The position numbers were made by a program, and so were the translations under genes. Under the pieces are notes generated by a model that saw nothing but the letters and a program-made list of their open reading frames with translations, made no database searches and had not been told where the DNA came from. 64,000 bases of DNA from an uncultured Thermoleophilia bacterium (GTDB taxonomy: Bacteria > Actinomycetota > Thermoleophilia > UBA2241): the NCBI GenBank assembly GCA_963702475.1, contig CAVPCT010000005.1:736001-800000 (forward strand). Reading direction: 5' to 3'. Positions 50,548 through 58,440 of this stretch are shown here, in pieces. Within the stretch, counting starts at the first letter, position 1. Each line of letters begins with the position of its first letter.

Positions 50548-53433
50548 GTGAGCCGCCCCTTGTCAGGAGAACCTCACATCCTCGGCCCCGTGGCGGCGAA
50601 GCTCTCCAGGCCGGTCACGGCAGGAGCGGTCCTTCGCCCCGAGACCGTCGCCGCCTTCGATGCAGGTCTTCGCCGCCGTCTCACGGTCGTCTGCGCACCC
50701 GCCGGCTACGGCAAGTCCACGGCCGCGGCGGCCGCTACCGCCGAGCTCGGCGTCGACTGCGTGTGGTACAAGCTGGACCTGCTCGACCGCGATCCCGTCC
50801 TGTTCCTGGCATCGCTCGCCGAGGCGCTTCGTGACCGCGCCCCCCAGTTCGGCGAGCCGATCCGTGAACGACTCAGATCGTCGGGGAGTGAGCCGTTCCC
50901 GCTCTCCCACCTGCAGGCCATGTTCGTCCGTGAGTGCGAGACCCACCTCGGCAATGCTGCCGTCCACCTGGCGCTCGACGACTTCCACGAGGCCGCGGAG
51001 TCCAGCGCCACCACGTCGGCGCTCGACTACCTCCTCGCCAATCTCCCGCGAGGCTTTCGCTTCGTGGTGATCGGCAGATACGACCCGTCCCTGCGACTCG
51101 CCAAGCTCAGGCTGGAGGACCAGGTGGGCCTGGTCGACGCCGGCGTCCTGCGCTTCAGTGTCACGCAGGCCGCCGCCGTCCTCGAGGCACGCACGGGGGT
51201 GCGACCCGAGCCCCACCACGTGCGACAGCTGGTCGACATCACAGAAGGATGGCCGGCGAGCATCGTGTTCGCCGGCCTTGTCCTCGACTGGCAGGCACCC
51301 GACCGAGTCGACGCCGCCCTCTCGGACCCGCGCCTCAAACAGGATATCTACTCGTACCTCGCGGAACAGGTGTACGCCAGCGAGGATCGCGCGACCAGGG
51401 CCTTCCTCAAGCGGACCTGTTGCCTGGACAACCTCACCGTGGACCTCGCCGGGCGCGTGGGACGCACGCGGTTGGCCGCCAAGAGACTCGCGCATCTCGC
51501 GGCCAAGAGTGTCTTCACGTTCGCGACCGCGGACGAGGGGGCGTACCGGTACCATCGCCTGTTCCGGGACTTCCTCAGGCAGAAGTTCGTCCAGGACGAG
51601 GGCGAGGGGGCGTTTCGCAGGTTGCACGTCGAGACCGCGGAGGTACTGGAGGACGCCGGGGAGACGGAGCTGGCGATCGAGCTCTTCCTCGATGCCAACG
51701 AGCCGCGAGAGGCGCTGCGCATCGTCGCCGCCGTGGGTGAGGCCATGCTCGCCGACGTGCCGTCGGACCGGCTCGCATCCTGGCTGGAGCGACTGCCCCC
51801 AGACCTCAGGTCCGGTGAGCCGTGGCCGCTGCTCCTGGAGGCACAACTCCGCTGCCGCGAAGCCGACTACGGGCGCGCGCTGAACGGCATCGGCGAGGCC
51901 GAGCGCCTCTTTCGCGCGACCGCCGACGACGCCGGATTGTACGAGTGTCTGTCGATGCGCGAAAGCGCGCTGTTCTGGCGCGGCGACACCGCCGCGGCCA
52001 TGGACGCATGCCGCGAGGCGCTGGAACGCGCCGGCACCGACGCCCAGAGGATCCACTCGCTCCTCAGCCTCGGCTCCGCCGCCGTCGAGGCACGAGACTG
52101 GGCGCTCGCGGACGACTCGTTCGCCCGCGCGGACGACCTCGCCCTGACGACCGATCCGCGCGAACGCCCGCGCGCACAGGCTCTCCGATCACACGCGCTG
52201 TACTACCAAGGGTTCGTTCGGGAGGCACGCGAAGCAATGCCCGACACGCGCGACCTAATAGTGTCACCGTCACTCCATGTTGCCGCGACCAACACCTTGG
52301 GCATGATCCGCACCGCCCTCGGCGACTACCAAGGGGCCCTGGCCTGTCTGGGCGAGGCCCTCGAGGCCGCACGGCGGTTCGGGTTCGCCGCCCCGCGCGA
52401 CATGATTCTCGACAACATCGGGCTCGCCACGGGCTCCTGCGGCGACCTCCTCGCCGGCCTCGAGCACGTCCGCGCCGCGGCTCGTGGTGACGCCTACGAG
52501 CAGCAGCCCGGCCTGCGAGCCTGGGCGCAGTGCCACGAGGCCACCCTGCTTCGGAGGGCCGGTCATGTGGAGGAGGCGCGACTGGCGGCGGAGCAGGTCG
52601 TGATCCAGGCGCGCGCGCTGGACGACACCTACGCGCGCCTCAACTTCGAGGCCAACCTGCTGTTCGCACGTGGTCTGCTCGGCGACGACACGAGAGACGG
52701 CATGGACCAAGTGGCAAGGCGTGCCGATGGGCTGCAGCTTGCCTTCGTGGCGCTCAAGGCGCGCCTCTTCGCGGCCGTCGTCGCCGACACGAGGGGGCAC
52801 GCGAAAGACGCGGAGGCGCGCCTGGCGCACTGTCTGCCGCGGCAGCTTGAACTGGGCCACCTGCATGTGGTGACCCAGGAGCTGTGCCCGCGGCCGCACG
52901 CCGCTCTGAGGGCGCTGTCGGTGCTGGAACGTGCCGGGCTTCATCGGCGACTCATGGACGCGCTCGCGCTCCACCCCGGGTTCGCGGAACTCGCCGACAC
53001 CCTCTGCGCCGGACGCGCCGACCTCGCCGCGCTCGCCGTGGACGCGGCGCGGCGCTCCGCCCCCGATGCCGTGCTCACGCGCGTGCTGCGCGCTGCGGGG
53101 CGTTGCGGTCGGGACAACGTGGCCGCGGCGGTGGAGCGGGCGCGCACGGCTCGTCCCACGGCCACCGGGCGCGCCGCCGCCATGCTGGAGCGGCTCACGC
53201 CCCGCGAACGCGAGGTCCTGTCGCTCATGGCGGACGGCCTGCGCAACCGCGACATCGTCGCGCGTCTGTTCCTCTCCGAGTCGACGGTGAAGACTCACGT
53301 CTACCACATCTTCACCAAGCTCGAGGTGAAGACGCGGGTCGAGGCGGTCCTTCTCCATCACGATGCGCTCCCGTCACCCGGAGCCGCGGCGCATCTCAAC
53401 CCCCGCATACCGGGAGATACGACCGCGGTATGA
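50548..53433 (+). CDS. MalT-like STAND ATPase / TPR / LuxR-HTH transcriptional regulator
   Basis: APAGYGKST, LALDDFH, TEGWPA, YRYHRLFRDFL, TPR-like helices, C-terminal LTPREREVL...TVKTHVYHIFTKL; start approximate. Confidence 0.9.
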   Translation: MSRPLSGEPHILGPVAAKLSRPVTAGAVLRPETVAAFDAGLRRRLTVVCAPAGYGKSTAAAAATAELGVDCVWYKLDLLDRDPVLFLASLAEALRDRAPQFGEPIRERLRSSGSEPFPLSHLQAMFVRECETHLGNAAVHLALDDFHEAAESSATTSALDYLLANLPRGFRFVVIGRYDPSLRLAKLRLEDQVGLVDAGVLRFSVTQAAAVLEARTGVRPEPHHVRQLVDITEGWPASIVFAGLVLDWQAPDRVDAALSDPRLKQDIYSYLAEQVYASEDRATRAFLKRTCCLDNLTVDLAGRVGRTRLAAKRLAHLAAKSVFTFATADEGAYRYHRLFRDFLRQKFVQDEGEGAFRRLHVETAEVLEDAGETELAIELFLDANEPREALRIVAAVGEAMLADVPSDRLASWLERLPPDLRSGEPWPLLLEAQLRCREADYGRALNGIGEAERLFRATADDAGLYECLSMRESALFWRGDTAAAMDACREALERAGTDAQRIHSLLSLGSAAVEARDWALADDSFARADDLALTTDPRERPRAQALRSHALYYQGFVREAREAMPDTRDLIVSPSLHVAATNTLGMIRTALGDYQGALACLGEALEAARRFGFAAPRDMILDNIGLATGSCGDLLAGLEHVRAAARGDAYEQQPGLRAWAQCHEATLLRRAGHVEEARLAAEQVVIQARALDDTYARLNFEANLLFARGLLGDDTRDGMDQVARRADGLQLAFVALKARLFAAVVADTRGHAKDAEARLAHCLPRQLELGHLHVVTQELCPRPHAALRALSVLERAGLHRRLMDALALHPGFAELADTLCAGRADLAALAVDAARRSAPDAVLTRVLRAAGRCGRDNVAAAVERARTARPTATGRAAAMLERLTPREREVLSLMADGLRNRDIVARLFLSESTVKTHVYHIFTKLEVKTRVEAVLLHHDALPSPGAAAHLNPRIPGDTTAV

Positions 53434-53500
53434 TTCGCTTCCCGCTCCCGCTGGCTACGATGCGTTCCCCATCAACCCAGCCTCGGCAACAGGAGCGAAG

Positions 53501-54520
53501 ATGGAAGCATCCACATCCGTCGTCTACATCGAGTCGAACCGCATGAGCCAGCGCAAGAAGACGGTGATCGACCTCCTGCGTGCCGGCGAGGACTTCGTGT
53601 CGGGCGAGGCCATGAGCGCGCAGCTCGGCATCTCGCGGAACGCCGTGCACAAGCACATCAAGTCGCTGCGCCGGCGGGGCTACCGCATCCTGGGCGTCTC
53701 CCGTCGCGGTTATCGTCTGGAGGAGGAGCCGAGCCGTCTCTCCATGGCGCACGTCACCGACCGCACGGCCGGCAGCGCGTTCGCCCGCTCCTACCGCTAC
53801 TACGACGAGATCGAGTCGACCAACGTGGAGGCCAAGTCGCTCGCCAACAGCGGCGCCCCCGAAGGCACCGTGGTGATCGCCGAGTCGCAGACTGCCGGAC
53901 GCGGCCGGCTCGGGCGCCGCTGGACGTCCCCGGCGGGCAAGGGACTGCTCTTCTCCGCACTGCTGCGTCCGGCCTTCCCGATGGGCGACGCCCACATGCT
54001 CACCCTGGTGGCGGCGTGCGCCGCCGCCGAGGCCATCGAGTCGCTCGCCGACGTGGCGGTGGCCATCAAGTGGCCCAACGACCTCTTCATCGGCGACCGC
54101 AAGGTGGGCGGCATCCTGCTCGAGGTGGCCGGCGAGCAGGATGAGGTCGACTGGATCGTCGTGGGCATGGGCGTCAACGTGAACACCGAGTACTCTGAGT
54201 TGCCCGTCGCGCTGCGCAGAACAGCGACGTCCCTGAAGATGACCACGGGCGCCCCGGTCGACAGGAGTGAGCTCCTCGCGCGGCTGCTGCTCGCACTCGA
54301 CGGCCACTACCGGCGTGCGCTGTCCGACGGCTTCGAGCGCGCCTTGAGTGAGTTCAGGAGCCGGGACTACCTCGTGCGCCGCACGGTGAGCGTCCAGACT
54401 CGCGAGGGCGCGGTGGTGGGCGAAGCCGTCGGTATCGACGAGCGCGGCGCCCTGCTCGTGCAGGTGCCTCACCGCTCGGTGCGTTCGTTCCACTCCGGCG
54501 ACGTCACCCTCGCCACCTGA
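53501..54520 (+). CDS. birA: Bifunctional biotin-protein ligase / biotin repressor (class II)
   Basis: N-terminal wHTH (SGEAMSAQLGISRNAVHKHI), QTAGRGRLGR, IKWPND, KVGGIL; AGGAG RBS. Confidence 0.95.
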   Translation: MEASTSVVYIESNRMSQRKKTVIDLLRAGEDFVSGEAMSAQLGISRNAVHKHIKSLRRRGYRILGVSRRGYRLEEEPSRLSMAHVTDRTAGSAFARSYRYYDEIESTNVEAKSLANSGAPEGTVVIAESQTAGRGRLGRRWTSPAGKGLLFSALLRPAFPMGDAHMLTLVAACAAAEAIESLADVAVAIKWPNDLFIGDRKVGGILLEVAGEQDEVDWIVVGMGVNVNTEYSELPVALRRTATSLKMTTGAPVDRSELLARLLLALDGHYRRALSDGFERALSEFRSRDYLVRRTVSVQTREGAVVGEAVGIDERGALLVQVPHRSVRSFHSGDVTLAT

Positions 54521-54526
54521 GCCGCA

Positions 54527-54569
54527 CGCGCCCCGGGAGGTCGTCACCTTGACAACCTCCCGGGGCGCG
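54527..54569 (+). terminator. 20-bp inverted repeat after birA
   Basis: CGCGCCCCGGGAGGTCGTCA-cct-TGACAACCTCCCGGGGCGCG, one mismatch. Confidence 0.6.
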
Positions 54570-54610
54570 CCCTACATTGTCACCTCTGTTCTCCGGAGCA
54601 AGGTTGACGA
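54549..54610 (+). promoter_or_regulatory. bioY promoter and putative BirA operator
   Basis: TTGACA-N18-TACATT followed by imperfect dyad TTGTCACCT-N15-AGGTTGACGA resembling the BirA box. Confidence 0.55.
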
Positions 54611-54611
54611 T

Positions 54612-55163
54612 TTGCAGCAGCTTCAGGCGCGCGAGGTCGCCTACGCCGCCCTCTTCGCGGCCCTCATCGCGGCAGGCGCGTTCGTGGCCGTCCCGCTCGG
54701 CCCCGTGCCCTTCACCCTGCAGGTACTCGTGGTGCTGCTCGCGGGCCTCGTGCTGGGCCCACGCGGCGGTACGCTCGCTGTCGCTGCCTACCTCGTCCTG
54801 GGGCTCGTCGCTCCGGTCTATGCCGGCGGCACGTCGGGCGTCGGCGTCCTCGTCGGACCGACGGGCGGGTATCTGTGGGGCTTCGTTCTCGGGGCCGCTG
54901 CCGCGGGTCTCGTGGCGCGGCGCACCGGACCGAGGCTCCTGGGTCTGACGGCCGCGGCCCTCGCGGGACTGGTGCCGATCTACGCGCTGGGTACGACGTG
55001 GCTGGCGTTCCAGCTCCACCTGGACGCCGGGGCGGCCATAGCCGCCGGCGCGCTGCCGTTTCTCACCGCCGACCTGGTGAAGGCAGGAGCCGCCGCCCTG
55101 GCGGCGAGAAGCCTGCTCAGCCTGCCGCTGGGTCTTCCCGAGCCTCAGACGAGAGGCCGCTGA
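54612..55163 (+). CDS. bioY: Biotin ECF S-component
   Basis: PVPFTLQ, GPTGGYLWGF, IYALG, LPF..DLVK; TTG 54612 with GGAG upstream. Confidence 0.92.
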   Translation: MQQLQAREVAYAALFAALIAAGAFVAVPLGPVPFTLQVLVVLLAGLVLGPRGGTLAVAAYLVLGLVAPVYAGGTSGVGVLVGPTGGYLWGFVLGAAAAGLVARRTGPRLLGLTAAALAGLVPIYALGTTWLAFQLHLDAGAAIAAGALPFLTADLVKAGAAALAARSLLSLPLGLPEPQTRGR

Positions 55164-56550
55164 CGTCGGCCAGCGCCCGGCCGCGGAGGCGGAGGTTGAT
55201 GCGCCCGCGCTCGTACTCGACCATGAAGTCGGTCGAGCTGCCGTCCCTGTACGCGAGGTCCTTGTCGCGCAGGACCCGGGCCAGCGCCTCCACGTAGTCC
55301 TTCTCGAGGGTCTTGCCCGAAGCCCCGCGCAGCTCCTTGAGCGCCTCGAACGAGCTGCGCGCCGAGTGGTACGGCCGGTCCGACGTCATCGCGTGGTACG
55401 AGTCGGCGACCGCGAGGATCTTGCTCAGCTCGGGGATGTCGTCGCCCTTCATGCCGGACGGGTAGCCGCTGCCGTCCAGCCGCTCGTGATGGTACCGGAC
55501 GATGTCGGCCACTCCCTGGTACGCGACCAGGTGCGAGAGCACCTCGGCGCCCTTCTCCGGATGCTCTCTGACGCAGGACCAGTCCTGCTCGTCGAGGACG
55601 GTCGTCTTGCGGAGCACGGCGTCGGGTACTCCGACCTTCCCCAGGTCGTGGAGGAGGCCCGCGAGGTGCAGCGCCTCGGCCTGCTCCTCCGGCAGGCTCA
55701 GCACCATGGCCATGTCGCGGCAGTACATGGCGACCGCGGCAGAGTGCTGGGCAGTGTACTCGTCCTTGCTGTCGAGCAACACCACCATGGCCGCCGCCAG
55801 GCCGATGTTCATCTCGAGATACTGGTCGCTGAGCTCCTTCTGCCGGGTCAGATGCTGCTTCTCGCGGACCAGCAGCTTGAACATGTACTGGCTCGAGAAC
55901 AACGGGATGAACAGGAGCGCCACAGCGACGATGCCAGCCTCGGCGTACAAGGCGGCAATGGCCAAGCCGAGCAGAAGAAGCACGCCCAGGGAGCGCATGA
56001 AGGGCGGCATCTCCTCACGCCAGAAGGAACCAAGGTGTCTCTGGTACTTGACCCGCATGCCCATGCTGACCAGCGCGAGATTGGCCGCTTCAAAAGTAAC
56101 CGCAGCTGCAGCGCCGGCCGCGAGCAGCGAAACCGAGAGGGAGTCCGGAGGCACGTCGAGCGCTCGTGACACCGCCTCGAAGACCATGGTGGCCAGAAAC
56201 ACCGAGAGCACCGTGTTGGCCACGTTGAAGACGACGACGACGCGGGACTCCTCGCGCCAGGCGCCCCAGAGCCCGAGCACGAGCGCCACGGCGAGCGCCG
56301 GCACGCGGCCGGTGTACATGATCGCGAGAAGGAGCGGCAGGTTGCCGGCGGCGAGCGTGACGCGTTCCGACACCTCGACCGACATCTCGTCGGCGATCAC
56401 CGCGAGGACGGCGAACACCACTGCGTCGCGCAGCACGGTCGTCGTCAGGACAACGGAGCCCGGGTACAGCAGGGCGTAGCCCACGGCAAGCGAGCCCGCT
56501 GCGGCCAGCCCGACCGCGAACGCGCGGAAGTTGCGCTCAGCTATCGACAC
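55117..56550 (-). CDS. Polytopic-membrane HD-GYP domain protein (putative cyclic-dinucleotide phosphodiesterase/receptor)
   Basis: About 7 hydrophobic segments, then KDEYTAQHS, LHDLGK, HPEKG, HHERLDGSGYP, VADSYHAMTSDRPY; GAGGTG RBS. Confidence 0.93.
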   Translation of the reverse strand: MSIAERNFRAFAVGLAAAGSLAVGYALLYPGSVVLTTTVLRDAVVFAVLAVIADEMSVEVSERVTLAAGNLPLLLAIMYTGRVPALAVALVLGLWGAWREESRVVVVFNVANTVLSVFLATMVFEAVSRALDVPPDSLSVSLLAAGAAAAVTFEAANLALVSMGMRVKYQRHLGSFWREEMPPFMRSLGVLLLLGLAIAALYAEAGIVAVALLFIPLFSSQYMFKLLVREKQHLTRQKELSDQYLEMNIGLAAAMVVLLDSKDEYTAQHSAAVAMYCRDMAMVLSLPEEQAEALHLAGLLHDLGKVGVPDAVLRKTTVLDEQDWSCVREHPEKGAEVLSHLVAYQGVADIVRYHHERLDGSGYPSGMKGDDIPELSKILAVADSYHAMTSDRPYHSARSSFEALKELRGASGKTLEKDYVEALARVLRDKDLAYRDGSSTDFMVEYERGRINLRLRGRALADVSGLSSEAREDPAAG

Positions 56551-56611
56551 TCCACCTCACCCGGGTCCTCGGTGTGGCGTCTATCGGCAGCACCTGGGGC
56601 GGGCTTGAGGG

Positions 56612-56692
56612 TCAGTGGATCTTGCTGCTGCCGCCACCGGCCACGAGCGCAAGGAGGAGGGAGGCGAGGGTGCGTTCTATCTTCTTGCTCAT
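56612..56692 (-). CDS. Small peptide B, 26 aa: MSKKIERTLASLLLALVAGGGSSKIH
   Basis: ATG 56692 16 nt after the peptide A stop, G-rich RBS-like GGGGCGGGG; basic N-region, hydrophobic core, GGG, polar tail. Confidence 0.7.
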   Translation of the reverse strand: MSKKIERTLASLLLALVAGGGSSKIH

Positions 56693-56708
56693 GATGACCC
56701 CGCCCCAG

Positions 56709-56792
56709 TCAGTGAAGCTTGGCGTAGTCGGCCGTGATGTGGAGCTTGGCGTAGTCGGCCGTGATGTGGAGCTTGGCGTACTCAACGAACAT
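56709..56792 (-). CDS. Small repeat peptide A, 27 aa: MFVEYAKLHITADYAKLHITADYAKLH
   Basis: Perfect AGGAGG RBS 5 nt before ATG; 27-nt repeats in frame; GC3-rich codons; stop immediately after the third YAKLH. Confidence 0.8.
   Translation of the reverse strand: MFVEYAKLHITADYAKLHITADYAKLH
56712..56780. repeat. 27-bp tandem repeat, ~2.5 copies
   Basis: AGCTTGGCGTAGTCGGCCGTGATGTGG x2 + AGCTTGGCGTA. Confidence 0.95.
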
Positions 56793-57102
56793 GGAATCCT
56801 CCTAAAGTCCCGGCGACAACTGCCGATGAATTGTGGTTGACGACTGCCTTGGCACTCTCGCAGCGACGCTCGCGGAAGCCCACCCCTCAGGCTTTGGACA
56901 TCCCGCGCAAAGCGGCGCGTGAACGATTGCCAGAATGGACAACACATTTTGTGGCGCCCGCGGCAATCGTCATCCCAAGCTTGCCAGCACCCTCGCGCAC
57001 GCACGCGCGAAGGCGAGTCGTGCCGAAGCCTGCGCGAAGGAGCGGTGACCGGCCCAGCGAAGCTCTCCGGGTCACCGCGGTCGTCCGGCGCCGGGAGGCA
57101 TC

Positions 57103-58344
57103 ATCGAGGCCAACAGCATCAGGCGGGTCGACAGGAGGACCAGCGCCCGCCGCGCGTCGCTCGCGCGCAACGGCAACTTCGCGCTCCTGTGGGCGGGCCA
57201 GTTCGTGTCGCAGCTGGGCGACAGGCTGGCGATGGTCGCACTGCCGTGGCTGGTGTACCGCGCCACCGGGTCGGCCCTGAGCACGGGCGTCGCCTTCGCC
57301 CTCTACACGTTGCCCTACGTGCTGTTCGGAGCCTTCGCCGGCGTGCTCATCGACCGGTTCGACAAGCGCCTGGTCATGATCGCCTCCGACCTTGTGCGGG
57401 TCGCGCTCGTGATGCTCGTGCCGCTGGCGGCGCAACGGTCTCTCTGGGCCGTGTTTGTGTTGAGCTTCCTCATCGCGAGCGCCGCCGTGTTCTTCGACCC
57501 CTGCAAGCTCGCGCTCCTGCCGGATCTGGTCCCGCGTGAGAAGCTGCTGCGCGCCAACTCACTGCTGGCCACCGGCGAGAACCTCACCGAGATCCTGGGG
57601 TACACCGCCGCGGGGTTCGCGCTCGCGTACATCTCGACCACCAACGTCTTCCGCATCGACGCGGCCACCTTCGCGGTGTCGGCCGCGTCGCTGGCGCTGA
57701 TCCGCTACAGGGCCCCGGTGCGGGCGGCGACGGAGAAGGCCGCCCGCTCGTTCTGGCGCGACCTGCGCGAGGGCTTCGCCTTTCTCCGGCACCACCGCGG
57801 CCTGCTGACGAACACCATCATGGTCGTAGGCTGCGTGGCGGGGCTCGGGGCGTCCTACCCGCTCGCCTTCCTGCTCGCGGTGGACGTGTTCGACGCGGGC
57901 ACGGCGGCATTCGGCGTGTTCGAAGGGATGGTCGGCCTCGGCTACCTCGTGGGCTCGCTCGCGCTGGCGGCCCTGGCCCAGCGTGTGCCGCAGGGCCGCG
58001 CCATGGTCGCGGGGCTGATGCTCATGGGCGCGAGCCTGTCTCTGGTGGCCGCGGCCGGGGGCGTGTGGATCGCCTGCATCCCGTTCGCGGTCCTCGGCGT
58101 GGCCAACGCGGCGGCGCTCATCGCGATCGACACCTACCTGCAGAACGTCGTGCCCGAACACCTTCGCGGCAGGGTGTTCGGCACGCGGTTCACGCTCACG
58201 CAGGGCGTCTACGCGCTGGCGGTGCTCGCCGGCGGCGCGCTCGCCACCATCGTGGACATCCGCGTGCTCTTCATCGTCTGCGGCCTGCTGATCGCCGTGC
58301 CGGCGCTGGCGGGCCTGTTCGTGCGCGAGATCCGCGACGCGTGA
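57103..58344 (+). CDS. MFS transporter (DHA3/macrolide-efflux-like), start uncertain
   Basis: RNGNFALLWAGQFVSQLGD, GVLIDRFDKR, DLREG, HLRGRVFG; the first canonical start (57205) lies inside TM1. Confidence 0.85.
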   Translation: MEANSIRRVDRRTSARRASLARNGNFALLWAGQFVSQLGDRLAMVALPWLVYRATGSALSTGVAFALYTLPYVLFGAFAGVLIDRFDKRLVMIASDLVRVALVMLVPLAAQRSLWAVFVLSFLIASAAVFFDPCKLALLPDLVPREKLLRANSLLATGENLTEILGYTAAGFALAYISTTNVFRIDAATFAVSAASLALIRYRAPVRAATEKAARSFWRDLREGFAFLRHHRGLLTNTIMVVGCVAGLGASYPLAFLLAVDVFDAGTAAFGVFEGMVGLGYLVGSLALAALAQRVPQGRAMVAGLMLMGASLSLVAAAGGVWIACIPFAVLGVANAAALIAIDTYLQNVVPEHLRGRVFGTRFTLTQGVYALAVLAGGALATIVDIRVLFIVCGLLIAVPALAGLFVREIRDA

Positions 58345-58440
58345 GCGTGCTTCTGACCTCAGGCGGTCGGTGATAGCCTAGGTCCGGCCCGCGGCGGTCG
58401 CGGGCCTCGGCGTCCCCGCCCAGAGCGGGACGCGAACGCC

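Noticed and set aside
56712-56780. 27-bp repeats as a mini CRISPR array
   Set aside because: Repeats are directly adjacent with no unique spacers, no cas genes are nearby, and they read in frame as a peptide.
56709-56792. His/Tyr attenuation leader peptide
   Set aside because: No consecutive regulatory codons, no obvious terminator/antiterminator, and the downstream genes are not amino-acid biosynthetic.
56810-56990. c-di-GMP riboswitch upstream of the HD-GYP operon
   Set aside because: I could not find the GEMM-type motifs by eye; an Rfam/Infernal search would settle it.
56612-57004. 130-aa minus-strand ORF from the track
   Set aside because: Chance extension; only the last 26 codons (peptide B) look real, and the strong RBS belongs to peptide A in another frame.
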